DNA of 64,000 nucleotides from NCBI RefSeq assembly GCF_041146345.1, contig NW_027191406.1:992001-1056000 (forward strand), written 5' to 3'. Source of the stretch: Neodothiora populina. Its lineage: Eukaryota. The translations under genes and the position numbers were made by a program. This document shows, one piece after another, positions 36,488 to 49,013 of the stretch; the stretch's first letter is position 1; the number at the start of each line of letters is the position of its first letter. Below the pieces are notes generated by a model. It saw nothing but the letters and a program-made list of their open reading frames with translations, was not told the DNA's origin and made no database searches.

Positions 36488-39420
36488 TCAAAGTTCTTCC
36501 CTAGCAGTAACAAAAGTGTCCAGAGGAGGTCGACGCGGCGCGTCTGGCGCCAAGTGGCTGTTCTCTGCTACGCTCTGCTCGTTCGGCGATGGTTGATGGC
36601 CCTTGTTGTGACCACTCATGAGCCAGGCGTGGCTGCCTGGTTCGGTGCTCTCCGTGTCTTGCGCGTGGTTGTCTGGTCTTGTGGGGTCTGTGGTGTTGGC
36701 TGTCTCGTGAAACACTGCTGCTGTTCCTGCTGCCGGTGACCGATGAGTGGATCCGTCTTGTGGTTCGGCGGATCTGGGGTCTGACGCGGAGGGGTGATGG
36801 TGGTGGAGATGGGACCTTATGCCTGCCATGAGCCAATGGTGTCCGCCTGGCTCGTTTCCTTCTTCGTTTCCCTTGTGTACGCTAGCACCCTCGACCCGCT
36901 CATCACCTGGTGGTGAACTGGGACGACTGGCATCATCGTAATCAATGTCTCTAGAGTTCAGCGTGGCCATGCTTGCGCTAGCTGCTGGCATACTATGGAG
37001 CTTGAATGGGTAAGCGACAGTGCCGTTGTGGGGACGAGCGCTGCTACTACTGAGATAGGTGTTCTCGCTTCCTTGGACTTTGTGGGAGTCCTGTGCGGCT
37101 AGGACGCCACCTACACCTGCCGCGCCTAACACTGCACCTCCGGCGAGGACGGCGACTCCACTGTTACTGTCCTTCCGCGCTGAAGCTGGATCGGCATCAC
37201 TAGCTGTTGCTTGAGCTTCTGCGTTTGGAATGTCCTCTTCTGGATTCCTGGTCGCCGCGATGCCCGTGCCCGCCTCGGGCAAAGCGACCGACAGAGTAGG
37301 TCTCCTGCCGAATTTCTGCCTGCGTTCGATGGTGCTCTCGTCGTGCTTACTTCCCCAGCCACTCCACATGGCCATGGCCCAACTCTTGCCCTGTCGTTGC
37401 AGTTGCTGCATCATGCCCTCCTGTCTTCTACCTGCCAGAGCCGTAGGCGGAGGTGTTTCACCTGCGAAGACATCGTAGCCTTTCCTGAGCTCCTTGAGAC
37501 GGGTCTTCTGCACACGGCGTTTGCCCCTCGCGAACCGTGTGTCCCATTCGAGCTTCTTGGCGAGCCACTTGCGCACGGGACCAGGCTTGATGACACCAAT
37601 GCTGTTACGATCCATTTGTAGACCAGGAAGCTCGGGAGCCGGTAAGAGAGGGAAGATCATACCGTGTCGATCGACTCGTTGACGGATCATGTTGTTGATG
37701 AAGGGTGGAAGCGGATCGCCAGCTTTGCCGACGGCACCGGACGAGGTGGTAATCCTGTGGGCACGCATTTGTACGTCACCAGCCGACTGCGCCTCTTTTC
37801 GGTCTCCAGTAGCGTCAGAATCAGATCCTTGCTGCTCCTTCTCGCTCGAGGAGCCTCCGGAGGAGATGATGGAGATGTCGTCGTCGTCGAGAATGGCCAC
37901 TGGTCTGTCTTGCGCATGTGCCAGTGCCCACGCGCCGAATTGCGCCACTCCTCTGTACATGTACTTTGCCGGCCGCGTGAATGACAGTGTATGAGGAACG
38001 TGGCAGAGATCATCCCAGACCTGTAATTGTACTTTGGTGGGCTTGTAGCGGTGCAACATCTGGCTGTCGAGGTCCCATTCCCGCGTCACAACGGATGGAG
38101 GTGGGTATGCCGCAGGATTGGCAGCCTTGTGTGCAATGTAGACTTGTTCATCTTGCAGCAGCTCACCACCGCCGACCTGAATCAGTAGCGGAGGCAGGCC
38201 GCCTAGCGATGGTTGCATGACAGGAGAAACTAGCGGGTGGGCAAGTAGGTGGTTCGGAGCGTACATCTGGATTTGATCCTCAATCTCGATATGTTTGCCG
38301 TCGAGCTCGATAGTCAAGTTTTGGCCAGGTTTTGGGACACTTCTTTCTGGATCCAAGGGTCGTTCGGAGGTGGCATCTCTCACAGAAACTCCCTGGGCAG
38401 CATCTGCTTCATCCCTCTTCTGATTCGACTTTTCGGTCGATGATGATGACGAAGGTCTGCTGCCATCTGAGTCGCTGAGATCGGGCATCTCAGAGGCTTT
38501 GGGAGGCGGCCAGGCCATGGAGGGCTTGTGATGGAATCCCATTGCTGGGATATAGTCGAGTTTTCCGTCACCAGCAACACTAGGGAAACTATGCGTGAGA
38601 TCCACCCAAGGACTCAATAAGATGGCACCTGCAGGTAGCGGGATGCCTTGGTCGCGCAGAGCGACGAGCATCGACAGCACCATACCACCTCCAGCCGAAT
38701 CGCCGCCAAGAAGAATGGTCCGAGGGTCGTGATCTTGAATGAGGAACAGATAAGTAGCAATACAATCCTGCAGGCCGCAAGGGAAAGGAAATTGAGGGGC
38801 GAGTCTATATTCGGGAGCCAGGATCTGGGCCTTGAGCTTTCGCGCGTGTCTCTGCATCTGGTAGCGGTGCTCGCCAGTAGAGCCGAAATAGTAAGCTCCA
38901 CCGTGAACATAAAGAAGAATCCTGTCGCTCTTCTCTTTGCCCTGTGCTTTGCGCTCGTGTAAATCGTTCTTCATTTCCAGCCAGTCCGCCTTCAGGGGAA
39001 TTTCTGGCCGTCTCCATTGCCACCAATTCTTGCCACCCACAAGTTCGATGCCCTTCGGCCCGAGCTGGGCTTCGATGAGGTCTGCTGCGCGTGAGATACA
39101 AGAGTCGGCAATGACGACTTCCTCCAGGGAAACCCAGGTCGGACAAGGCACCCATTGTGCGGTGAATGCCTGGACATCCTCGACGGTATGCTCCGAAGCA
39201 TAAGTAAGAAACTGACGGATCAGGTTCAGGCCTTCATGATATGAAATATGAGCTGTGGGCTTTTCTTTCAATGGCTTGCGATTGAGATACTGCGAATGTG
39301 CATGAGCATATTTGTCTGACACATCAGGGTAAACAATGACGGAAGACTCACGTGCGAGAAGAACGTCTCGATAACACAAGGAGTGACGTCTGCAGCGACA
39401 CCCACAGTACTGAGGACCAT
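36488..39420 (-). CDS. Alpha/beta hydrolase, hormone-sensitive lipase family (Say1-like lipase/esterase)
   Basis: HGGAY oxyanion motif, YRLAPQFPFPCGLQD, GDSAGG nucleophile elbow, WDDLCHV. First exon MVLSTVGVAADVTPCVIETFFSH (ATG 39420); intron 39290-39351. Confidence 0.92.
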
Positions 39421-40062
39421 GGCGCGCACAGGTTGGGGAAAGGGTTCAGTATGGAAAGGGAAGGTTGTTTTGTGCGAGGACGAATAGGAGAAGATGAATG
39501 GTCGCTGATCTATCTATTTTGTATTTACCCCAAGACGGCCAGTTTTATTGGCAACCCAACAGTGATCATAACAAGGATCAAATATTCAAACAACAGGATT
39601 ATATCCTCGGGGAACGGACGTCAATCAAAGTGTCGGCGCACACTCCATCTCACACTGTCAGTAGGAAAGAGACCACAAAGGCAGTGATACTGTATATAGG
39701 TGAGTAACTGATGCTCCACTCCACAACGCGGTGTGTATGCGCCGATCCACTATATGTCCAGTAGGCTAGAGACTCGCGAGCCGACTCTCCTCTCCTATAC
39801 CAGAGATATTCCTTTGTAAGCCCGAGGAGACGGAAACACGTTAGCCGCGTTAGACGACGTCATAGCGCATGCCAAGTGACGCGGGGGAGATTCAGCACAG
39901 CCCACCATCTGCACAAACCCGTGTCAGGGTCTTGAAATTTTATGAAACGCGAACAAAACAATACCGTAACCATCTCGAATTATCTTCTGGAGGATCTAGG
40001 CAGACAACCAAGCAAAGGGGCTTACACATCTTACGTACCCTCAGACTTTCCAGCAGTCCAGA

Positions 40063-40677
40063 ATGGCTTCATCAGGTACGCATAGGCTCCCCGTTCTCGC
40101 ACACGGCGTCGGCTCCTTTCTAATCCCGTCGGCAGAGGCGACCCAGCAGTTCGATTTCGGCATCTGGTACACAATCTCCCTGTGGCCCGCCCTCACAGTG
40201 GCTGTACAGAACAACTGGGGAGGTCCAGACAGCGCGGGCAAGCGAGACTGGTTCGCAGGCGCCATCTCCGAGCTCTTCGACGAACGCCCAGACACGGACC
40301 AGATCGACGTCGAGTCCGTCCTGCTGCAGGTCATGCTGGACGAATTCGAGGTCAACGTCGAGGACGAGAGCGAGATCCCCGTCGCCCAGGAGATCATGAA
40401 GCTGAGGAAAGAGATCTTCGAGGAGGGAAGCTTTGCCGGGGTCGAGGCTGTCAAGGCGCGATGGACCGCCAGAGGTGGAAAGGCTGTGGCCAACGTCAAT
40501 GTCGTCACGCAGACCATTGGAGAGGACGGTCAAGAGATTGATAGTGACAGCGATGATGAAGACGGCGAGGATGTCGACATGGACGAGGCGCCTGACCTTG
40601 CCCCCCGCTCACCGAAACCAGAAGCCGAGGTTGACGATGATGGCTTCACGAAGGTTGTTGGCAAGAAGAGGAGGTGA
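40063..40677 (+). CDS. TSR2: Pre-rRNA processing protein Tsr2 (WGG domain; eS26 escortin)
   Basis: WPALTVAVQNNWGG, LLQVMLDEFEVNVEDES, acidic tail and VDDDGFTKVVGKKRR. Probable 60-nt in-frame intron 40076-40135. Confidence 0.92.
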   Translation: MASSGTHRLPVLAHGVGSFLIPSAEATQQFDFGIWYTISLWPALTVAVQNNWGGPDSAGKRDWFAGAISELFDERPDTDQIDVESVLLQVMLDEFEVNVEDESEIPVAQEIMKLRKEIFEEGSFAGVEAVKARWTARGGKAVANVNVVTQTIGEDGQEIDSDSDDEDGEDVDMDEAPDLAPRSPKPEAEVDDDGFTKVVGKKRR

Positions 40678-41344
40678 AGAGACGTCCAACAAGGACCACA
40701 CCAATACCAGCTGCACAAGTAAAAGACTCATTACAGATACCTCGATCGGCATACGCTGAATGGCTTCTGCTACCAAGGATGCTCAGAGTGTCGAATACTT
40801 CGACGACCAGGACGTCACGTGAGGTGGCATAGTGCTTGGGAAACCCCTGTGGCCATCGCAGAACTACCACTCGTGACCAGCTCAAGGCGACAGCGCGGTA
40901 GTAATGATGGCTCCTCATCACCATCTCGAGTGTCGTACACAATGTTGACACAGACGTGGTGGAGAGGTCGTTCCCCTGACCATGGTACTTCCGCAGATTG
41001 CAATGAGATACCCGCCGAGCACGTACATGAATGACCTATTGAGCCCTGTTCTCATACAAACTCAAAAGTTGCTAGAAATGTTCGCCACTTATATATATAT
41101 ATATCCACAGACAGTATTCGATTCAATGAACAACGTTGATTTGTCATTGAAATGAGAAACAATAGATACGCCTCTTCCAAGTGTAATAAAGATATAAAAC
41201 CAGGTGGTAGTATCATCAACACGAACAAATCATAGGTAGTCGTAGACCTCAACGCCCAACAACTAACGGAACAGCTTCTTAACCATGAGAACCACAACGT
41301 ACCATCACCAATCTTTGCTTCCCCTCAGCTTACCCCTGACAACC

Positions 41345-41993
41345 TCACTTTTCCAAAACAGAACCCGCTCCACCAGCATCAGGAAACCCACTCATCCGAG
41401 CTCCCTGCCCCTCGAACCCCACATCACTATGTGACACTCCACCCTCCCCTCCTGCAGCACCACTGGTAGTCTCGGGCTCGGTCTTGCTTCCCCTCCGAAA
41501 CAACTTATTCAGCACCTCCTTCGTGCTGCCCCCGAGTCCGGAACCTGAGCTGCTGTCTGCAGAGCTCAGGGACCAGAGACTTGTTCTGCGGTGGCTGCTG
41601 TGGACGTCGTCGCTTGTTCCACCGGCTGTATGGTAGAAAGTAAGTGATCTGGGCACGGAACAGTCGAGAGCACGATTTGGAAGAGTTATACTCGTCAAGA
41701 TTCTAGAATTGGAGTAAGATGGTAGGGTCCGAGAAGATAGGACTTACCGTCAGCATTTGTGCGTGTGTTTATTGCTGTCAGCTCTTCAAGCTCTTTCTGC
41801 GCTCTTTCGCGGTCTGAAGGACGGCCTGTAGCAATGGGGTCAGCTCATTCGAGGTCTCCCTGTTTAGGAAGCAGCATTAGAGCATGATACAAAGATACTG
41901 TACTACCATGACCTACTTACGCAGATTTCCAGCGCCACCGATCCCAAACGAAACCCTACGCTCCGCGGTAGTGTTTATATCCGCCTCTGTCAT
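41345..41993 (-). CDS. Small three-exon protein (143 aa) with a GxGGAGN (DUF3602/Par32-like) motif
   Basis: Exons 41993-41921, 41825-41748 and 41625-41345 total 432 nt in frame; both donors GTAAGT, both acceptors CAG. Sequence MTEADINTTAERRVSFGIGGAGNLRRPSDRERAQKELEEL... Confidence 0.7.
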
Positions 41994-43209
41994 CGCAGGA
42001 GACTTGAGGTTGTGATTGACAAGAGTAGGCGTCTCGCTCTGCCACGACGTGATAGTATCCTGACTATCTCTCGACACCGCAAGATTTCTTGTCGAACGCC
42101 CAGCAGGGACAGAATGCGAAAGAGAGGTGGAATTTTCCCGATCGTGACTAGAGGACAATGATTGACCAGAAAGAGAAGACGAACGATAGTAAGACCGAGA
42201 TATCTTGTCTATAAGCATCCAAGCTATTGTTAATCACGTGCCCCCGGAGGACAAGAATAAGCAATTCACGAGTCAAAGATAGCTCGTCGGCGTGCATGCT
42301 TATAGCCAGGAAGGGAGGGCTCTGGCTGGCCTTTTAGCTATCGACTTCGCTGGCCCCTCTTCTGACATACTTCCGGGTGTTAAGGTTCGTCAGACAAGGC
42401 TCCTTGGCGGGGTCACCCCATGATGCTTGATACTTGATCTGCCGGCGAATGAAGTCGAGGAACAGTGGTCAGTAGACGTGACGAGTCGTAGGTCAAGATA
42501 AGCAGATGGTGTTGGATTGGATACCGGCCAAGGACAACCCGTGAGACCCTGCAAAGCTTGTGTGTGAACAAGCAATTGTCGTTGCGGGGTGGTACTGGTA
42601 CATGCAGGGTGACGTGAAAGGTGAGATATGTTCATGCCTTCCTATTTGTTTGTTCGTGGTACCTTTAAAGTATCTCAATGAGGTGGTAATTGAGTAGAAC
42701 GCTTACCATAGGGTTTGGGTTGTATGAATATAAGAGCTGCATAGCTCGTGTGCTGCTGGACTTTCATCGGTATGAGGATTTCGAGAGTATTCCACGTTGT
42801 TACAACTTCACCTCCTTACAACTCACGACTCAATAAGCTCTGGACCCGTACTTTGCACTGTCTCCTGATAGGAAGCTGCAGACATATGCCGAAAATGACT
42901 GTCAGCACCGAGATCTGACCTTGAGGTGTCTTGCAAGCATTTCTTTAATCTATCACCGAGCCTAGCAATGTAGAGCTCCAGTCGACTAGGCAGAAAAAAG
43001 CCGACTATGGACAAGTAAACTGGTAATACTGCATAATGTTGGATCAATATCAAGTTGGTGGGCTATGTTGTCGATACTCGTTCTGACATTCGTGTGTCAA
43101 CTCCGATACTAACGACTACGTTACTTCTATGTACTACTATCTACACATACACATTACTCAATCTACTGACATAATCCTCCAACGCATGACTCATTTGAAT
43201 GTACAACGT

Positions 43210-44954
43210 CTAGTTTGGAATCACACCAGAAGTGTTCGCAAAGACAACACCATCGTAGTCATTGCCGTTGGTCGGATCGGCAATGGTGTAGTTGGCAAAG
43301 CAAGCGTAATCGTAATTGCTTTGGGCATAAGCAGTTTCCTGGCTGCTCAAGAACTTATCCATAGCACACATGCCGTCTGTACGACCGACACAGGCACCAC
43401 CACGGATGGTGTCGAGTGGCAGGATACCGTTGTTGAGTCTCATCCTGATAAACTTGTGGGTAGCATTAGCGGCGTTGTAGCCATATTGATCAGGACGATA
43501 CTGAGTCCTGTGCTTGTGTACGGCAACAGGGCTGGGCGAGGAACACCCGATGACTTCAGTGACGAGACGAGCTCCGAAAGGTGTCAGCTTGGCCATGTTG
43601 AAGTGACGCTTTGGATTGGGAGGAAACTGGGTCAGACTAGGAGCTTCGCGGAAGTAGTCGAGGGACATGGCAGCCATGACACTGATGATGATATCGTCGT
43701 GGCTGAAGTCGGCATAAAAGGGGCGTCCAAGAGGGAAGTCTCTGGCATTGTCTGTGAGAGAGCTGTTGACCGAGCTGTTCGAGCTCGTGATGTACTGGTT
43801 CGTGAGGCGGGCAATGAGCTCTTGCAGATAGCCGATACCTAGCAATTCGTTAGACTCCGTCTACATCAACGCTGAACGGGAGCATTTCTTACCCTGCGCA
43901 CGGCCAGTGGGGTTACCGTAACCGTAGTCGTAATAGTACTGGATATCAATGGTGTTCTCGAAGCCATCCCATTCGTCCAAAGTGAAAAGCGAACAAAAGT
44001 CAGATGAGCTAATGTAGTTCTGCTTACGGGTCAGAGCAGTCAATGTGCTGATACGGCATGTGCGCTCACCTGTTCGTATGCACATATCGACTGCATAGCA
44101 TAAGTGTCGTTGAGGGTCAACTTGAACCCAGCGGGAGCGTAGGCTTGCAGACGGGCAGTAGCATTGACCAGGTATCTGGGAATGTACTTCTCGACGTCGC
44201 TGTCGCCGAGATCGCCAATGCCGGCAGTGTAGTCGTTGAAACAAGAGTCGTACGAGGCAAGAGTATTGTTCTCAGTGCCTCCTTCGGGGATGATGACAAC
44301 GTCGAACAGGTCTCCATCAGTGAAGTTCTTCAAGGTGGGATCAGGCACGGTCTGGAAGGAAGGACCAAAAAAGCCCAGAGCCCAGGAGATCTGACTGTTC
44401 TCGATTCTTGATTGGCCGGTGGTTCTGAGAACAGGCTTAGGTCGCGCAGTACCGTTAGCTGCAGTGGCATTATAAGCCAATTGACCCGGAGCTGCGTTGT
44501 ACAAAGTTCTTCCGTAACGATTCCAGAAGGCAACGCCGGAGGAAAACTCGGTGGCAGCGCCCAAGCCGGTAAGCAGGGATTCGCCCAGCAAGTACTCGTA
44601 CGAGTTCAGGAAAGCGAGAGGTCCGATGAAGGATGTGGCAGGGTGTGCCTGAGTCCAGTTCTTGACCTTGGCTGCGAAGTTCTCGTCGTTGATGCCATCT
44701 ACAAGGTACGAGGTAGGAAAGCGATTGGCATGTCTCTGCAGGGTATGTGCTTGCTCTAATTGACAGCGGTCCGGCAGACCGATGTCATTCACGCCAAAAT
44801 AATCGTCCGCATTGTCAGAGTAGGGAGAGACCACGCCCCAATAATGCGAGATGGTATTAATATCTGTCACAATGCTCTGGTTGGTGGCCGCGACGGCTGC
44901 GGCATTGATAGCCAACAACGAGAGTGCCGACAACTTCACTGTAAAAGCAGACAT
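43210..44954 (-). CDS. Secreted histidine acid phosphatase / 3-phytase
   Basis: Signal peptide, RHANRFP (RHGxRxP variant), ADFSHDD (HD), TPFGARL. Introns 44020-44069 and 43839-43892. Confidence 0.93.
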
Positions 44955-45828
44955 GATCACGAGAAGAGCCGAAGTGAGCGTACCTGCATGAGATAATCTA
45001 CATCGATGGGGGATCGACCTACTTGTATGCGCATATCACCCAAGTTCACATATCTGAAGCACCCTCCGTCATCGGCTAATTGGTTGAGTCGATCGAATTG
45101 CTAAAGCGTGAAGCATCGCAATCCAGAAGCAAGACCAGCTAAAGTGCAGGGATAGTCATGACTCGATTGAGCTATCCAAGCCACGTCCGCGCTCTCCAAG
45201 GCTTTCTCAAAAGTGTAAACAGGCCACCGTCATGACAGTGGTATGCACTGCACTTAGCAATCTACAACGTTCGCGGAAAACGCACCGAAAAGGAATTAGA
45301 CCCTCGATTTCATACTCGCTATTATGTGGTGAGTGAATCTGTGCATTGGAGATAGGGCAACACATGGTATCGGATCTCTCGCCCATCAATTGATCCGATA
45401 AGAAGTCCGCAAAAGCACCATGGCCTGAGCGTGGGTTGGCGTTAAAATGTATGACGCAACCGGGTCAGCAAAAGCATGAGAGTTGAAATCGAATTAAGCT
45501 TAACACAAAAAACTGGCGAATCAATGACAATTCAATGTACCACGGATCGGCCATTGGAGAAAACGTATACAAAATAAACTGGAATAATAGAAAATCATAT
45601 TCAGTACTGCATGTATCGTGACTGCAGCTCTATTGTGATCATACAGCACTTCACGAAACAGACAGGCCGGAATTGATACCCAAGACTCAACAGCCCCGCA
45701 GAAGTCCCCCACCAAGTCGAAAAGGTGCCACGGCAAATCAACATTCAGACAAATACACTTACTTTCCTTAATTCGTTTACACCGCGACTTTACGACTCAA
45801 CATCTTCTATACCGTGGCTGTGTAGATC

Positions 45829-48673
45829 ATGGCGCACCACAGAATCAAGAACATCGCTCTTGACGAGGATGACTTGGACTACTCGGACGGTGACGACTAC
45901 TATGGCGATGACGGGGTTGTGGAGGGAGGAGATGAACTGAGTGCAGAAGATCAAGAGCAAATGCGCTCAGGCACAATCAGTGTCAGGCAAGCCTTAGGAG
46001 AGCAATACGAAGGATTCATCATAGATGCTCAGATACACGAAGCGTTGTGGCACTACTACTACGACGTGGGCAAATCGGTGACATACCTGAAAAGTGAATA
46101 AGACAATTTGATGGTTCATCAGACTCGACTAATGAGTCCTTAGATCAGGCAACAACTCCCCAGCAAGCGCAACCAACAAAGCAACAAAAACCAAAGCAAA
46201 TATCAAAATTCGATCAGGCAGCCGCAGCATCTGCAGCCCAAGCACCTGTGGTTTCAGCAAAGTCCAAGAATGGTAAGCAAATGTTCTTTCTCTTTTTACT
46301 CAATTTTTCTTTTTCTTCTGCGTTCAACGAGCACCATCACCACCGCGCAGTGACACTATGACACTGTGACAATGCGGCGATACTGGAGTCTCTAATCCCA
46401 AGCACTCAAATTCACATCCACTTCCACGGTACGCAATCGCCCCCCGCCGCCCAGCCTCCGCCGATGCAAGCAGTATCTGACAGTCCCGTCTGTACAGATC
46501 GCGACTCTCCAGCCCAGCCATGGGATTTCTTCAAGAACGTTCCCTGGCACAATGTTCCAGAGGAGAGGAAAGGCACAATAGTCACCGAAGCGCTACAACC
46601 ACCATTGCGACTCCTGGGTGGAGCTCCCTCAAAACTAGCTGCTCTGGCAGCCGCGAGGAGGAAGAAGGAGGCTGAGCAGAAAGCAAACAGTCAGGCTACC
46701 GAGCAGGAGGGGTCTGCAGGTCTTTCCCTTATGGACCGTCTAGGGACAAAGCCAACGCGACCTTTACCACCACAGCCGCTCCAATCCTCGTCAAATCAGC
46801 CCACCCAAGACGAGAATGCGTCGCCCGCTGCTTCTCGATCTTATCCTATACGAAAGCGCAAGAGTCCATCACCACCCCCTCCTGTGGCAGAAAGACGTCC
46901 CACTCCGTCAGAAGCAACGATACCTCCGTTAAAGCCTGCTGGACCCCGTGCTTCAGACATACGTGCCAGCCCCTCCATATTTGCCCAAGCCATGTGCGGT
47001 GGTGGTGCTCCACGCCCTTCAGTGCATTCCGAGTCGCTGTTGTTCAGCGAAAAGATTGCTCCTTCTCTTTTGGATCATCGTCCAACTCTTGCTGACACCA
47101 ATCCTTTTGCAGGTCCAAGTCCTGATGATGTAGTTATGCAGGCTCAGGCAAAAGGTTCGACGCGACAGTGAATGCGACATCAACATGCACTGACCACAAG
47201 CATTAGCATCAGCTTCCAAGAAGCAGAGCGGCCAGAAAAAGGACTCCAAGTCTGTATCTGGTGTGACCAATGGCGTATCAGAGATGAGCATTGATGACGC
47301 ACTGCAACCAAAGTAAGGCTCTGTATTTTGGACGTTCGGCGACCACTGTACTGACTTTACATAGGGTCAAGAGCAAACATCTAGACGTGCTCGCAGAGTA
47401 TGAGAGATCAGACCGCAAGAACGCAGCAAGCTTTGTAGTCATTGGTCATGTCGACCATGGCAAGTCGACGTTGATGGGTCGTTTGTTGTACGACTTGAAA
47501 GTCGTCGACCAACGGTCGATAGACAAGCTACGCAAAGAAGCAACCAACATCGGCAAATCATCTTTTGCATTGGCCTGGGTCATGGACGCCACGTCGGAAG
47601 AGCGGGAGAGAGGTGTTACTGTCGACATTGCCTCAAACAACTTCGAAACAGACAAGACGAAATTCACCATTCTTGACGCTCCTGGACATCGCGACTTTAT
47701 TCCGAACATGATCGCTGGAGCAAGTCAGGCAGACTTTGCGGTCTTGGTCATTGATGCTGGTACGAACAGTTTCGAGGCTGGCCTCAAGGGACAAACCCGC
47801 GAGCACGCTCAGCTTGTACGTAGTATGGGCTGTCAGCGAGTCATCGTCGCTGTCAACAAGATGGACAGCGTGCAATGGTCACGGGATCGCTTTGAAGAGA
47901 TCCAGCAACAAATAGCTGCTTTCCTCGAGAAGACTGGCTTCCAGGCCAAGAACATTGCATTTATTCCTTGTTCAGGTCTGACTGGCGAGAATGTCGTTCT
48001 GCCAGCTCCTGAAGCAGCATCTTGGTACACCACCAGCAAGGATACCCAAACACTAGTGGCAGCACTCGAGTCCTTCCAGCCTACAAAGGCCGCCTTGGAC
48101 TCTCCTCTGCGCTTACCCATCTCTGATGTCTTCCGTGGCGGAATCACAAATCCACTTTCGATATCTGGTAAAATCGAGGCCGGTACCTTACAAGTTGGTG
48201 ACCAGATCTTAGCCATGCCTGTTAGTGAGACAGCAACTATCAAAGGCATTGAGATTGACGGTCAACCTGCCGAATGGGCTGTCGCAGGCCAGATCATCAC
48301 TCTTCATCTCAATGATATTGATCCCATCCACCTTAGAGTGGCAGACGTCCTGTGTGACCCACGCAAGCCAATTCGGAACATCAAATCCTTCACGACCAAG
48401 TTACTAGCATTCGAACACGTGTTGCCTATGCAAGTAGATATCCATAGGGGACGCCTGCACGTTCCTGGTCGCATCACACAATTGCTTGGAGTACTTGACA
48501 AGTCTAGTGGAGAAGTTCAGAAAAAGAAACCAAGAGTCGTCCAACCCGGAGCAATCGCTAGGGTAAAAGTGGAACTGGATGCGGCTGTTCCTCTCGAGGT
48601 TCCGAGCAGGATTGTTCTACGAGCGAATGGTGCAACTGTCGCTGCTGGATTACTCGAGCAGGTGCATGCATGA
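45829..48673 (+). CDS. HBS1: Hbs1 translational GTPase (HBS1/SKI7-type locus with optional internal exon)
   Basis: HBS1 N-terminal EALWHYYYDVGKSV; GHVDHGKSTLMGRLL, SSFALAWVMD, DAPGHRDF, NKMD. Exons 45829-46093, 46144-46272, [46498-47154], 47207-47312 and 47365-48673, all frame-checked. Confidence 0.95.
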
Positions 48674-49013
48674 ATGGATAAAATATTAGATCTCATGAGA
48701 ACTATGAAATAAACGCAATACTCGAAATATGATGCATGTTCGTGCCATGCCCTTCTGATCTTAGTTGCGTTTGCACACTGCATCGCACTTTCCTCGACAG
48801 GGATACCTTGGGCTTGTGTAACTCATCTTACTCTCAACACTTTGGCTAAGTTGCATTAGTCCCGTAGCCTTGGCTAACTCAGCCCCAGATCTTACCATCT
48901 GTCGATACCTGAAGCTCGAGTAGGACTGATTTTGTTTCAAACCATCATACCGTTCACTGGGCTCAAAACACCATCATCGCCTGAGAAATCATCCTTTATG
49001 GAAGCCAGCACAT

